Made by a program: the position numbers and the translations under genes
Assembly: GCA_943704425.1 (NCBI GenBank)
Contig: CALSCP010002426.1
Span: 1 to 64,000, forward strand
Source: Ministeria vibrans ATCC 50519
Lineage: Eukaryota > Protista > Filasterea
Direction of reading: 5' to 3'
DNA: 64,000 nucleotides
Shown here: positions 18,063-31,074 of the stretch, in pieces
How positions within the stretch are numbered: position 1 is the stretch's first letter
Layout: the number at the start of each line of letters is the position of its first letter
Notes under the pieces: generated by a model
The model's database searches: none
Told to the model about the DNA's origin: nothing
The model's input: only the letters and a program-made list of their open reading frames with translations

Positions 18063-18407
18063 GACCTACAAAGCTGATTCAGTGAGGTGGACATGGGCGG
18101 CAAGTTGTAATGTCAGTTGCAACAAACGTACGTATTTTTAAAAAGAAAAAGAAAGGCAACTGATTTGCGTAAATTGCGATGAATACGATCACTCATCACT
18201 GTCGATCGAATAAATCGATGAGAAAGTTTTAAAAACCTGACTATTATTGTTGTCAGTGTCGATCACGGCGGACTAACCGACTAAGCTTCAATCGTCTACG
18301 TGACTAATGACTATGACCTTATTGTCCCGTAAATAAAATAAAAGAAATGTGAAATGTGTACTATACAGAGTGCGACGAGTGACTCATAGAGTGTTCAGTG
18401 TGGCGTG

Positions 18408-19495
18408 TCAGAGCTCAATGCCAACCGAGGCAAAGATGGAGCGAAGGTCATCGTCGAGGCAGGGCACTGGTGCGGGTGTGGAAGAAAAACAGACTGGAGG
18501 CACGCAGCAATCGAGTGCGGACGGCTGCTGTGCAAAGGGCTCGGCTGACGCGGCCGACAGGGCCTCGGCAATGTCGTCGACGGCGCGTGCATCTTCGTCG
18601 TCGTCAAGGCGGTCGTTGGTGGTGTGCGGCACAGGAAAGCCGGTAGAGCTGTGGACACTAGTCCGAGTGGGGTAGGAGGGCAACGACGACGACGATACAG
18701 GCGGCGACATCGTAAGGGGCTCGTGGTGTGGCACACACTGGGGTGCCTCATACGAGGCAAACGCCTGGGGTGCTGGCCGAGCAGAGGGAACGAGTGACGG
18801 GCGAGCACGGAGCACCTCTGTGCGCACCATGAGTTGTTGCCGCAGTTGGTTTAACTGTTCGTCAATGGCCTGCTCCATACGGGCGCGTTCTGCTGCGGCT
18901 GCAGAGTCTGCCTGAGAGTCTGCCAGTGCCGACAACTGGAAGTCGTTCATGAGCTGGTCGACTGACCCCACTGTTCGCGTCCTCTCCACCTCTTCCGCCT
19001 CTTGCTTGACGTGATAGTGTTGTTGTTGCTGTTGGTGCTGATACTGATGCCGGTGCTGTGGCTTCTGCTGGTGGTGATGCTGATGGTGGTTGTTTGCTGT
19101 GGCGGTCGCCATGCTCTGCAGCTGCTGTTGCATCTCCGCCTCGCGTGCCGACCGGGTGTACGCGACAAGGCGCAGTGTGCTCCCGGGCGTACTGTCCGCC
19201 AGAATTTTCTTGCACAGACCGTCGACCTTGCGTCGTTTGCTACCCGGTGATCCCGAGCGTCGCTTCTCCTCTACCTACAGAACCAAAAACAATCGAATAT
19301 ATTTAATGGACACTCGATCGAGTTGAAATACTCATACCTCTTTGTAAATGAGCCAGCCAGCCTTGGTAGAGTAGGCCTTGGACCAGGCAACGTTGTCGGT
19401 CCATCGTTCAACGCAGCCACTGTCGTAAATGTAAACCCCTTGCCGTTGGTGGTGTGCAGACCTTCGCTGTAGGCATTGGCATCGAACAGCAGCGC
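18408..19495 (-). CDS. Gti1/Pac2 (WOPR) family transcription factor; 5' end in gap; Q/H-rich C-terminal region
   Basis: WOPRa box: CLQRR..RQGVYIYDSGCVERWTDNVAWSKAY..GWLIYKE (consensus G-VF..RWTDG..WS.SR..G.FL.YRE). WOPRb box: DGLCKKIL....LRLVAY (consensus GLxKKT....HLVSYY). Followed by poly-Q/H. Confidence 0.72.
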
Positions 19496-20478
19496 NNNNN
19501 NNNNNNNNNNNNNNNNNNNNNNNNNNNNNNNNNNNNNNNNNNNNNNNNNNNNNNNNNNNNNNNNNNNNNNNNNNNNNNNNNNNNNNNNNNNNNNNNNNNN
19601 NNNNNNNNNNNNNNNNNNNNNNNNNNNNNNNNNNNNNNNNNNNNNNNNNNNNNNNNNNNNNNNNNNNNNNNNNNNNNNNNNNNNNNNNNNNNNNNNNNNN
19701 NNNNNNNNNNNNNNNNNNNNNNNNNNNNNNNNNNNNNNNNNNNNNNNNNNNNNNNNNNNNNNNNNNNNNNNNNNNNNNNNNNNNNNNNNNNNNNNNNNNN
19801 NNNNNNNNNNNNNNNNNNNNNNNNNNNNNNNNNNNNNNNNNNNNNNNNNNNNNNNNNNNNNNNNNNNNNNNNNNNNNNNNNNNNNNNNNNNNNNNNNNNN
19901 NNNNNNNNNNNNNNNNNNNNNNNNNNNNNNNNNNNNNNNNNNNNNNNNNNNNNNNNNNNNNNNNNNNNNNNNNNNNNNNNNNNNNNNNNNNNNNNNNNNN
20001 NNNNNNNNNNNNNNNNNNNNNNNNNNNNNNNNNNNNNNNNNNNNNNNNNNNNNNNNNNNNNNNNNNNNNNNNNNNNNNNNNNNNNNNNNNNNNNNNNNNN
20101 NNNNNNNNNNNNNNNNNNNNNNNNNNNNNNNNNNNNNNNNNNNNNNNNNNNNNNNNNNNNNNNNNNNNNNNNNNNNNNNNNNNNNNNNNNNNNNNNNNNN
20201 NNNNNNNNNNNNNNNNNNNNNNNNNNNNNNNNNNNNNNNNNNNNNNNNNNNNNNNNNNNNNNNNNNNNNNNNNNNNNNNNNNNNNNNNNNNNNNNNNNNN
20301 NNNNNNNNNNNNNNNNNNNNNNNNNNNNNNNNNNNNNNNNNNNNNNNNNNNNNNNNNNNNNNNNNNNNNNNNNNNNNNNNNNNNNNNNNNNNNNNNNNNN
20401 NNNNNNNNNNNNNNNNNNNNNNNNNNNNNNNNNNNNNNNNNNNNNNNNNNNNNNNNNNNNNNNNNNNNNNNNNNNNNN
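19496..20478. other. Assembly gap (N run) followed by (CT)n at 20479-20573
   Basis: N characters in the sequence. Confidence 1.
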
Positions 20479-20575
<97 letters not shown>

Positions 20576-20691
20576 GTAATCGCTTGACTATCAGCTTGAG
20601 CTGCGACGCCATGTCGATGTCTGGTGTGGTGATTGTATCATAAATATCAAAATAGGTCTTCTTAATCATCATCATCACATCCGCGTCAACG

Positions 20692-22377
20692 TTACGTTAT
20701 CTTGCCGAGAAGGCGGTCCTCTGCGTCATCTTGTTCCTTGATCCTGTCGACTTCGTCCTGCGACGCGGAGAACTTGACGGCAAGCGAGAAGCGCGCGGCC
20801 GCATAAGCCGGACTGGGTGGACGGGCGCTGTGCAGAATGGAGCAGTGGAACAGCGCAATGCGGCTGTACTTAGGTGTCACGCCTGTCACAATCTAGAGTT
20901 AACACACGTTTGAGTATGGGCAAGAGTACATATGGGGTGTTTTTCCACGGACCTCAAAGGTCTCAAAGTCGTCGGGGTTCGTCGTTGCCTTGGTGGGTGC
21001 ATAGAACATGGTCTCGCCGTAGGTCGGCTGTGACATGTTGGGCGTGAGGTACCTGAACGCATGAGAGAGTGTGTACGTGTGAGTGTGTGTGACGCACAAG
21101 AGTATTTGCCTGGCGCTTACATGAGAAGAGTCCACTGGTCCTCTTGGTTGTTGCAGTCGTAGTGCAGGTGGGGGTCGTCAAAAGTGCGCATAAGGTTGAT
21201 GGAAACGTCGTAGGCAAACCACTTGTCGCGCTTGGCAGGGTCACCAATCCAGCGGACGAGCGACGTGAGCCGACGGTACAGGGCAGTGCTCATAAAGCCT
21301 GTCACGCCAGGACCCCCCAACCACTTGACATTGTCGCTGTCGTCCGTTTCGGTGATGTCCGTGTCCGAGCTCCACCGGTGCCACTTGGTCATGTACTCCT
21401 GCATGCTCTCCAACTCCGCCTCGCCCAGCGCCCCGTCAAACACCGCCAGCCGATGCCGTGAGCCCGCTTTGCCCATCTGCCACGTCACCAGAGACTCAAT
21501 CTCTGCCGTGCCTCCTGCAAACGCTTCTGTCGCTCCCGTAGTCGGTAGATTAGCAAACCCATCGCGACTCAGCCTCTCCTGATCGAAAAACTCTTCCTGC
21601 TTCGCCACCTCGTCACGACGTGCCTCGAGTGCCACCGACTCCGACTTGGACGCCCGCACCATCATCACGAGCGCCATTGCACGATGCACCGAGCTGGGAG
21701 GTCGCAAGAGAAATGGCACATTGGCATCCCACACAACCATGCGCCCTGGCCGAGGGTACACCGACGAGACGACGTTGGAGCGACTCGCGTCGAAGAACAC
21801 AAGCTCCCCGTACCAATTCTTTGCCCATTTCGGCTCTAAGAACACCACAGCATTCACATCCCGCCCCGTCTCATCGCTGCTTGTGTTGCACGTGCACAAA
21901 ATGTCGCCAAACTGAACGTAGTGGCCCGTCACCTCCATGACAAACAGCTAACCGCACCACACAAACAAAATACTCAGTTCACTGGCCCTTCCTGCCTCTC
22001 CATCCTACCTCCTCTCCGCCAATGAGCTCCTCCATTTTAGTCTTGAGAACCTTCTTCCACAAAGGGGCCTGGGAAAATCGGTCGGGATTGACGCTGGCGA
22101 TCCACGGCCATTGTGGAGTGGCACTGCGCGAGAGACGCGGCGTTGTGAGAGATGTCGCACTTTCAACAAAACAGAATTCATACCCGTCGCACACTTCGCT
22201 AGGGCTATACCCGGTCTTGATGTAGCGCCACGGGATCTCGGAATCCGTAAAGAAGGAGCGTAGGGCACGGATGCCGCGCGCGGGAAGCGCAGCATTGTCA
22301 ACCTTGATGAAAGCCGCCCCAAACACACTCACCGCGCAGCCAAGCAGCAGGCCAAGCAGCAATCCTGATCGGGGCAT
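20692..22377 (-). CDS. Secreted/ER protein with tandem 2OG-Fe(II) oxygenase (prolyl-hydroxylase-like) domains
   Basis: Signal peptide MPRSGLLLGLLLGCAVSVFG. Domain 1: WAKNWYGELVFF..VYPRPGRMVVWD. Domain 2: PHLHYD..YLTPN..YGETMFY..PKYSRIALF..ILHSARP..ARFSLAVK. The 3' end may splice further toward the gap. Confidence 0.8.
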
Positions 22378-22847
22378 CGTACACCTCTGCTAAACAAAAC
22401 GCCTGGAGAATATTGAATAATAATAAACTAAAAACTTAATTGTTATTAAGAAGAATACAACCCATTTATTTTAGAAGAAGAAGAAGAAGACATTTACAAT
22501 TTAGTATCAGTCACAAACGAAAAGCGACAACACAGAAGAAGAAGAAGAAAACATTTCCAATTATTATTGTATACTATTATTATGTTAAAATTTTAAAAAG
22601 GAAACAATGAGAAGATTAATGCAATGCTTTCGCCATAGGCTAATCCAAAAAATAGAGCGCCTATAGTCTGACCATATACCAATAAATACACTATTGCAGC
22701 AAACGTTTGACAAATTCAAGTGTACAACACAAAACCAAAGTTGTCTTTGATTGTGTTTTGCTCTTGTTGCCTTCTTGAATTACTTGAGTACACTCGTGTT
22801 CTTTCTTTTCTTTTGTATATGTTATACAATCATCCATGTCTATGATC

Positions 22848-24906
22848 TTACAGCGGACAGCAGGCAGGCATGTTCTTGGCACATCGTTTGTGGGCAGGAA
22901 AGGCACAAATGCGACAGCGCATCCCCTGGTCAGTGAGACCCCACATCACACAGCCACAGAGGGCACAGCAGGTCGCTCGCTCAAAGGTCACCACGCCAAA
23001 CGAATGATTAATGCCCGTGACCGCAAGCGATCGCGTTGTGTCCTCCACTGCAAGCGCATGTACCGACTCGAGTCGCGCCGATACGGTCGACACAGTCGCG
23101 TCGAGGATTTCATTTGGCCAGCCCATCCGCAACATCAGCTCATACAGTGTTCGGCGCTCGTCCCGCACATTCTGTGTCTTGGTGCGTTCCTGTCGTACCT
23201 ACATCAACATCAACATAGCTTTTCAACAATCTCTCGGGGGTGCGACCTCAACAACATTCTCTTACCATGGCAACGAGTGCGTCGGAGCGAGCCTCCGAGC
23301 CAATGTCACGCAGAGAAAGATACTCCTCGGTGTGCGCGCTGAGACGCGCCTCCTGGTGGTGGATGCAACAGTCGAGTAGCGCAAGGGCGCGCACGCCAAT
23401 CTCGTCGCCGACGCAATACGATGGCAGAGTGTGCTCCCCCGTTGCATTGTGATGCATCCCATCGCGCCGGAGGCGCCGTCGGGACGTCGAAGGCGACGTC
23501 TCGGGCACATGAGGCGCCACGTACGTCGACAGTTGACGGTGCACTGCTTTGCGCTCCACGTCCGTCATGGGTACAAATCTTACTCCATCCCCACTACGGC
23601 CATACACTCCAGTCGCTCCATCTTCCTCTGGTGGTTGTTCTCCCTCTGCATCCAAAGTACCACCGCCAGCAACTTCTCGCTCTGAACCCCCTCCGGTTGT
23701 CGTCGTCTTGGTGTTCTTTGCCTTCTTGGGCACCTCCAAAGCATGAAGCTCCAGTTGGAGACGGCCTCCAACCGCGTCGGAGCCACGCGAGCGGCGCTGT
23801 AAAGGATAGTCCTCACGCACAATGCGCCCGTGTGGAATGGCCGCAATAGGCACACTGACGAAGCCAAGCGAGACGGGGCCCATGTCCACGCCTGCATCAC
23901 CAAGCGAACTCAAGACGGCACTCGACATGCGTTTCGTTGTGTTCTCGCTGAACAGGTCCACTTCAATGGTGGCGAGTGGCTCGTCGACACACACGGGAAA
24001 CGTCACGTCCCAGCGCGGATTCGCACTGTCCCGCACCACTTCGCTCGTGAAGAGTGGGCCGGAGATGCCCGAGCGCCCACACGAGACGGAGAAGAACACG
24101 TCGCACGGCTCAGGCAGAGCCGAACACCCAAGCACCGTCACGGAAATGCGGTGCTCAGTAAGTCGCTTCGGGCCCAGATCAAAAGCGACAAATCGCGGCT
24201 CGACCATCTTGAAGTTGATCACTTCACGGATGCGCTTTGTGATGAAGCCCAGCACGGCCTTGGGCGTGTTCACATGCGCAATGCGCACGCGAAACAGAAA
24301 CTCAATCTCGGGTGGCGTCACAAACGACAGTCGCACCTGCGCTGTGTTCGTGATGCGCACCATTAGACGTCCCTTGATGCGCTTCACACCCGCCGCCACC
24401 GTCACATTGATCAAGTTGGAATACTCAATGTCCAGGTGAGGCGGGCACTCCTTGCCGTCAAAAAACACATCCAAATACACCACAATATCGTCTCCGATGG
24501 TGCGCGGTCGCTGCATTGTCACTTGCTCCACAAGCAACATCGAATTTCCCAGCGTACACTCCACCACCATAATCTCACTGGCAATCCGATGTGTTTCTGC
24601 AATCTCCTTGATCGCATTGTTCAGGCTGCCGCGGATCGAATCCTCTAGCTTTGCCGTCCCAATCATATCAGCCAAAATCTAACCAGAGCAAAAGAAAGTT
24701 ACTACACAGATTCTACACTACACACATCAAGAGAGAGAGAGAGGAGAAAAAAATAAAGTGATAGAGAGAGGGAGAAAGGAGGGAGAAAGAAACAAAGTGA
24801 TAGAGAGAGAGAGATAGAGAGAGAGGAGAAAGAAACAAAGTGATAGAGAGAGAGAGATAGAGGGAGAGGAGAAAGAAACAAAGTGATAGAAGAGAAAGAA
24901 ACAAAG

Positions 24907-24994
<88 letters not shown>

Positions 24995-25021
24995 GTGCAC
25001 ATACACACGCATACACACATA

Positions 25022-25060
<39 letters not shown>

Positions 25061-25399
25061 TCAACGAGACCTTTTTCAATATCAAATTGAGCCTACGAGA
25101 GAAGAAAGAGAATTCAGCAACAACACATCACAACACAATCAGCTTTCGTACCATCGACACGTTTCAGGCGAACCCAACCGCGCATCCGACAAGCCCTCAA
25201 ATGCAGCGTGAATCGATTCCCCGGACACGTCCATCATCAGGTCGCGAATTGGCGGTGGATACGACGGCGTAAAGTTCTTTTCGTACAACGTTGCCGTTTT
25301 GCGAGGCTGCGCCAGCCGCCGCCGGTAGTAGCCGTACACTGCCACCTCTATTAACACTACAAGTAGTGCTCCAAAGAGCACACTCTGTGAAAAGTCCAT
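22848..25399 (-). CDS. PDZD8-like lipid-transfer/contact-site protein: TM + SMP + C2 + C1, no PDZ
   Basis: N-terminal TM; ETCRWLNLIL start of SMP; GRLMVRI..RLSFVTPPEIEF; C2 ISVTVLGCSALP..FTSEVVRDSANPRWD..LGFVSVPI; C1 HSFGVVTFERATCCALCGCVMWGLTDQGMRCRICAFPAHKRC..C. Confidence 0.75.
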
Positions 25400-25688
25400 G
25401 TTAAAAAAAGTGTAAAACTCTCTAAGTTATATCATTCGAGCTTTTAGTCCTTCTTTCTCACGACCTTATTTGTCGACCTATAGTTAATAGTGCAAGATTT
25501 ACTGTCAACACTCTGCACTCAACTCAGTGAACTCTGATTGACGTTGCTGGAGTGAGTGATTGTCGAGTGAGCTCAACTGGATAAACTTAATATAATTTCA
25601 ATTTTTTAACTCACTTTGCATCACCTCCCGGCTGAACACCCCAATAAAGAGCCCTCCCCGTTCGTCTTCCACCTCCGCACCATTGATC

Positions 25689-27500
25689 ATGAGTGAGGGT
25701 CTCGTCGCTGTGCCACCCCCCAAGTTTGTCGAGTCGGCCAAGGCACCCGATCCAAAACGCGGTCGCACGTCATCGTCGACTTCCAAAACACACCATGATC
25801 CTATTGTGGGACGCACGCCATTGAAAAAAGTCGCCAAGGGCGGGGCAGGCGGAAAGGGTTCGTGGGGAAAGGTGAGACAAACAAGAGATAACAACAACGG
25901 CCGATGCCTTGTCGACCGCGCTGTTGTACGTACCCCATCTTGGTACACACCAAGTACACTGTCCCGATCCACCAGCCGTTCACTTCTTCTTTGTTTCGCC
26001 TTTCCTTTCTTTTTCCTGAACTTGTCACTGGTGAACTTGCGATGAATAACATTGCGTTTGCGCCGTTCGCACAATGCGCATTTTGCATGGGTCAGTTCAT
26101 CTCTCCTCCTGCGTTGTGTTTTCTTCAAAATTCTGTCTGATCCGCTCCCCCGTCCGACGTCAGAGACATTCTGCGCATTAAAAAAAAAACAAAAAAAAAA
26201 AAAACAAAGCACTCTCCGCGCTTTTCCTTCGCGCCCCTCTGCCGTCGCACGACCATCGCACGACCAAACACTCACCCACTCCGGCTCTCTTTCTTTGGTG
26301 TGCAGCCGGGGCTGGATGATCTGAAGGGAGTTGCGTCGTTGGACAAGGGCGATCCCAATTTCGAAGAGGACGACGAAGGGGCGTTTGACGACAGGTTCGC
26401 CGCGGACAATCTCGACTTGCTGCCGCAGTGTCCCGCTTCGGTATGCCGACGCAGACAATGGTGGTGGTGCATGGTGCTGACGCTGAATCTTACAAATGCC
26501 TCTTCCCTATGAAATTGATGAATGTAGCTTGCGGAGGCGGTTGACGAATACCACACATCGGCGGTCGTGTCGGGCATTGTGGACGCCATTGAGGAGCACG
26601 AGAGTGTTCAGGAGGTTCGCGCCATTGTGCTTGCGACAGCCATTGAGAAGGCTATTGAACGCCACAACGCACAGCGGGAGTTGACGTCCAATCTGATTGC
26701 TGAGCTATTTATGCAGCAGTGCGTGAGCACGGGTCATTTGGTTCGCGCATTCCAGTCACTGTTGGGTCAGCTGGACGAGCTACAGCTGGACAACCCCAAT
26801 GCGAGCGAGATGCTTGCCAAGTTTCTGGCTCGGGCTATTGCCGACGACTGCCTGGCACCCAAGGCGGTGACAGAGATCAAGGCAGCAGCGGCGACGGACA
26901 GTCAGCACGCCGTGAGCAGCGCTCTTGAACAGCTGGTGAAGCGCAAGCACGCGCTGGTGCGTCTTGACACGGTGTGGGGCATTGCAGGCGGTCTTAAACC
27001 AGTGCGACTGTTGCGCAAGCGCATCTTGTTGCTGCTGCGCGAGTACATCTCGTCGTGCGACGCAGACGAGGCGACGCGCTGTCTTCGCGACCTGGACGTC
27101 CCGCACTTCCACCACGAGGTCGTCTACGAGGGCATCCTGATGGCTCTGGACCAGGGCGACCGCACTGCGTCCGCTATCATTGCCCTCTTTGACCATTTTG
27201 CCACCGAGGGCACCCTCTCGTCCGATCAGGTGTGTATCCAAAATAATAGTATAACAATATTCTTAATATTTAGTCTTCTTTGAATGTTTATAGTTGAGCG
27301 CGGGATTCGAGCGAGTGTTTGACAGCATTGGTGAGATCTCACTGGACGTGCCCAAGGCAGCGTCGCTCCTGACGGACCTGTGCCGACGCGCAGTGGCCGC
27401 CAGTGTGATTGCGCCCGAGGTCGCCGCCAAGTGTCCCTCTGCACCAAGGGGCCGGAAACGCTATGTCAGCGAGGGCGACGGCGGCTGCGTCAAGACATGA
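25689..27500 (+). CDS. PDCD4: Programmed cell death protein 4 (two MA3 domains)
   Basis: KGGAGGKGSWGKPG..D.GDPNF; LDNPNASEMLAKFLARAIADDCL; LDVPHFHHEVVYE; LDVPKA; C-terminal RGRKRYVSEGDGG. Confidence 0.93.
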
Positions 27501-27693
27501 GCATGTGCCTTTGTGTATTTTCTCTCTTTTTCTCTCTCTCCCTGTGTGTGTGTGTGTGTGTGTGTGCGTGTGCGTGTCTGTCAAAGTGAAGTACAATTTC
27601 TTTCGTCATTTTTGAATGTTTTTTGTAGCACTAGCCACTGTGTATCACCACCATCTTGTGATTGTCGACAATTTGTGTAATAAGTAGTTTGTT

Positions 27694-28044
27694 TTATACA
27701 GGTGATTTATAAACGAGATTGGACGTAAAGTCGCAGCGCTGACGGACGAGCGCCTCGAGAAGCAGCTCGACGGAGTAGACAGAGAGACGAGCTTTGGAAA
27801 GGTAACGCCAAGCGTCGGGTTCGCGTGTCGACGACACGACGACGATTACAGGGCGCACCAAGGGAGAGTCGACGTCGACGATACGTGCAGGGGGCTGGGC
27901 AGCCCGCGCCTCGCTTACAAAGGGTAGCGCAGAGAGGACAGTGCCACCAGCACGCTGTACGAGCGCGCTCATCGTGGCAACGTCAGGATTAATCTGTGGT
28001 GTACTACACACAAGAAAAAATAAACAATACCATACATGCGTGAG

Positions 28045-28076
<32 letters not shown>

Positions 28077-30351
28077 TGACGTTTAATATAAAAATATATA
28101 ATTATAATAATTATTATTATTATAATAATTATAATTATTATAATATAATTATATACATATGTATGTGTGGGGGAGTATGTGCTTAATATTCGTGAGTGTG
28201 TTCAATGTGCTTAGTGTGTGTGCTAATATGATGACACTATGAGTGGAGCAGTCATCTATGCACTCATATACATATATACGTACAAGGCAAAGGTCATGTT
28301 CTCAAAGATGCGTCCCCGTCGAGCTCGTGCAATGGCGTCCTGGATGGCGACGCCGTGCGTGCGCTCGGCGGCGGCGTCGCACAGGGCAAACCCGTCGGCA
28401 GGCAGGAAGTGATGTGCGGTCTGCGACTGCTTGAGCCAGTCGAGCGTGACGACGTGCGGTCCGGCACAGAGGGCCGCCAAGAACTTGGCAGTGCGTTTGA
28501 TCTTGCCTGCAACCAAATGTGTACAAGGAGGCTCGTTGGGATCGCTACCCGTAAGCACCGTGGCCCCAAGTTGCACGGCGCATGCCGACCACTTGACGCG
28601 CTCCTGTGTGCTCACGCCCGACGTGAACAGCACACACGGCGGGCGTTCGACATGCGCCGGCTCTACACTTGCTTGCTTCTTTGCGGGCGACAGAGACGAC
28701 AACTGACGACGGGCGGCAGGCGATACCGCTGCAAATGATGCGGTTGCATCGGGGTTGTGTGTGTCGTTGTCATCAAAGTGAGCATCGGTGGCGGTGCGTT
28801 TGGAACGACGCGTCGGCGAGGTGTTAGAAGGGGCGGAGGGGCTGGGTATGGGTGCTGCTGGCAGGACGAGACTGGCCTGAGGCGAATGGAGAGCATTGGA
28901 GGCATTGCGAGCATTGGCTGCGGATGGCGCAGCTTGAGCGGCCGGCAGTGGGCCACTAGAAGATGGGGCGGACGAGCCAACGGAGGCGGTGATGACGCCG
29001 GAGGAGGCGTGACCCGACCCAACGTCGGGTTCGTCGCGGGCGTCGTCTGCGGTTGATGATGCGTCGCTGAGAGCAACAGCGCGCACAACAGCGGGCTCGC
29101 GACGTTCCGCCTCAAACAACGAAGAAAACACGAGGGTGTTGGCGGCGGGAGAGAGTTCGGTGTAGCGCGGAAGAGAGGCGTCGGGCAGTGTGCGCAGGGC
29201 AAAGAGGTCCAGAAGCCAGCGCACATTGACAATGCGCACCTTCCATGCGAGCGCATACTCGTACTTTTTTCCTTTGGGCGCCAGACATATACAGTGGGTC
29301 GAGCCTCGCGTCATGGACCGGTGGAACTCGACCTCGAGGAAGAAAAGCATGTCCTGGATGAGGATACGTTCGGGATTGAGAAAGCCCGACAGGACAACGC
29401 GCAGTCGCGCGAAACTTGGATTGATCTTGCGCGTGACAATGGGTAGCATGAGCGGGTGCCAACACAGCGTCGGTGACCCTTGTGCCTCGAGCGTGTCTAT
29501 CACCGCGTCAATCCAGTAGTTGGTGTGAATGTGCTTGCCGGCGCGCACGGCCGCCGCATAGTCGGACCCTTCACGGTACATGCTGAAGAAGTGTGTGCAC
29601 TCGTCAACGGAGTCGGTCACGCGTCCGCCCGCCTGTAACACCCGAGACTTGAAACCCTCAACGAGTTTCGGGTCAAGGTACTTGTAGCCATTGAAGCAAG
29701 CGACGACCTTGGTGATGGTCGGCACCGACATGTCTCTTTGAGGCAAGCGACTTCGCTCGCGCGCACATGCAAACACCACGTCGACGGCAACCGCCACGGA
29801 CCCTTCATGCCCGGGAATGTCGGTGTCTTTGCTGTTGCTCGTGTCCTGCGAGATCACATGGGTCGTGTGGCCCGGAAAGAAGTCGTCGTCGACGCGTCCG
29901 CCGTGATGGACAAGCAGCGCCACCAGCTCCGCCTTCTTCCGGTCTCCAATGCCCTCGAGATGATACAAATAGGCACAGACATCGGTAAAGCAGGCTCTGT
30001 TGCGCGGATCGTGGTTCTCCAGCGGGATCTGGCGCGACACGCACAGGTCGACGGCGTACAGCCACGACGGCTTCACCACATTGACGTTGGCGCGCGCTGC
30101 GAACATGAGAAGAATCAGCATCGCCGAAACGGCACACGGTGGTGCTTCTGCGTCGGTCGGTGGTCCATACCATAGACTGCCTCCGAGTGTGCAAAGTGCG
30201 CAACGGGGCTGACAACGAGCGAGGCGGACGCGTCGTCGTCGACAAGATCACCGCCATGCCGCTCGACAATGAGCGCCAGTTCCGACACTTCGTCCGCCGA
30301 CCCTACCGTCTCCGCAATGAACACCCTACTGCCCGCAAGGGGACCTGGCAT
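27694..30351 (-). CDS. PAXIP1: PAX-interacting protein 1 (PTIP), multi-BRCT
   Basis: Six BRCT-like units, including SGF..ER..THCIC..PKGKKYEYALAWKVRIVNVRWL and THLVAGKIKRTAKFL..VTLDWL..DAAAERTHG, ending TPQINPDVATMSALVQRAGG..YSVELLL. Confidence 0.8.
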
Positions 30352-30500
30352 TGTTCTTCAGGAAAGAAGTTATAAAAATTACTAAACAATACTTACAATA
30401 GTGGATTATTTTTATATACACACTTTCTCAAATAAATCTCAAATTCTCAATTGACAATTCTCAGTTCTATTCGTTTTTCGCGTGTCCCTCAGCTAGGAAG

Positions 30501-30828
30501 ATGTCTCTTAACGCAGATATTCTTGTTGAACTGCGCGCGTTACTCGCGTCTGTTGACGAAATGTACATCACAGTTGAATCGTTGCAAATTTGATAACTTT
30601 GTCTCTCTCTCGCTCTCTCTTTCTCTCTCGGTTTCGTTCCTTCTCTCGTACAGCAACGGAGACCTTGGTAGGCTACTCGAGGCAACGGGGCCCGGGGGCA
30701 TTGTCACTCAACGAGGCGAAGAGGCGACAAAGTCCCTTGAGACATACACAAACCTTTTTGGGGCGTCGACACTCGCTGAGCAGTCGTTGGAGGTGCCTGC
30801 CGCCGAAGCGTCTCCACACGACACTTGA
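30501..30828 (+). CDS. Small coiled-coil protein, probable DASH/Dam1 complex subunit Dad3 (2 exons)
   Basis: Spliced product MSLNADILVELRALLASVDEINGDLGRLLEATGPGG..EEATKSLETYTNLFGAS. Heptad pattern and NLFGAS resemble Dad3 (LExEVLxEYxxLxxNLxxLxxxL...TLFKAS). Confidence 0.5.
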
Positions 30829-31074
30829 GTCACACCCCACTGCACTTTCACTCTCTTGTATGATACGCTGTACACCACATTGCCAATGACTGATGAGCCC
30901 AACAAGTGTTACAATCACTTGCAACGGCCAACGCGACAATGCCTGCCGACTATTTCTCGTCGTCATTCTCAATCTATCACGATCGTTTTCACATCATTTT
31001 CCATAGTGTTTCAATATGATTCCAAAACTTGAATCTTCAATCTTCAAATTCCAATTGCATTCTCTTTTATTATA

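Noticed and set aside
20574-20678. KKTYF...LIVKRLQERER as the WOPR N-terminus
   Set aside because: The equivalent QRR segment is already present after the gap, ERER comes from the (GA)n tract, and the region looks like an intron or 3' end of the oxygenase gene.
24757-24770. GTGATAGAGA resembling a tetO half-site
   Set aside because: No palindromic partner; it is part of the dispersed CT-associated motif.
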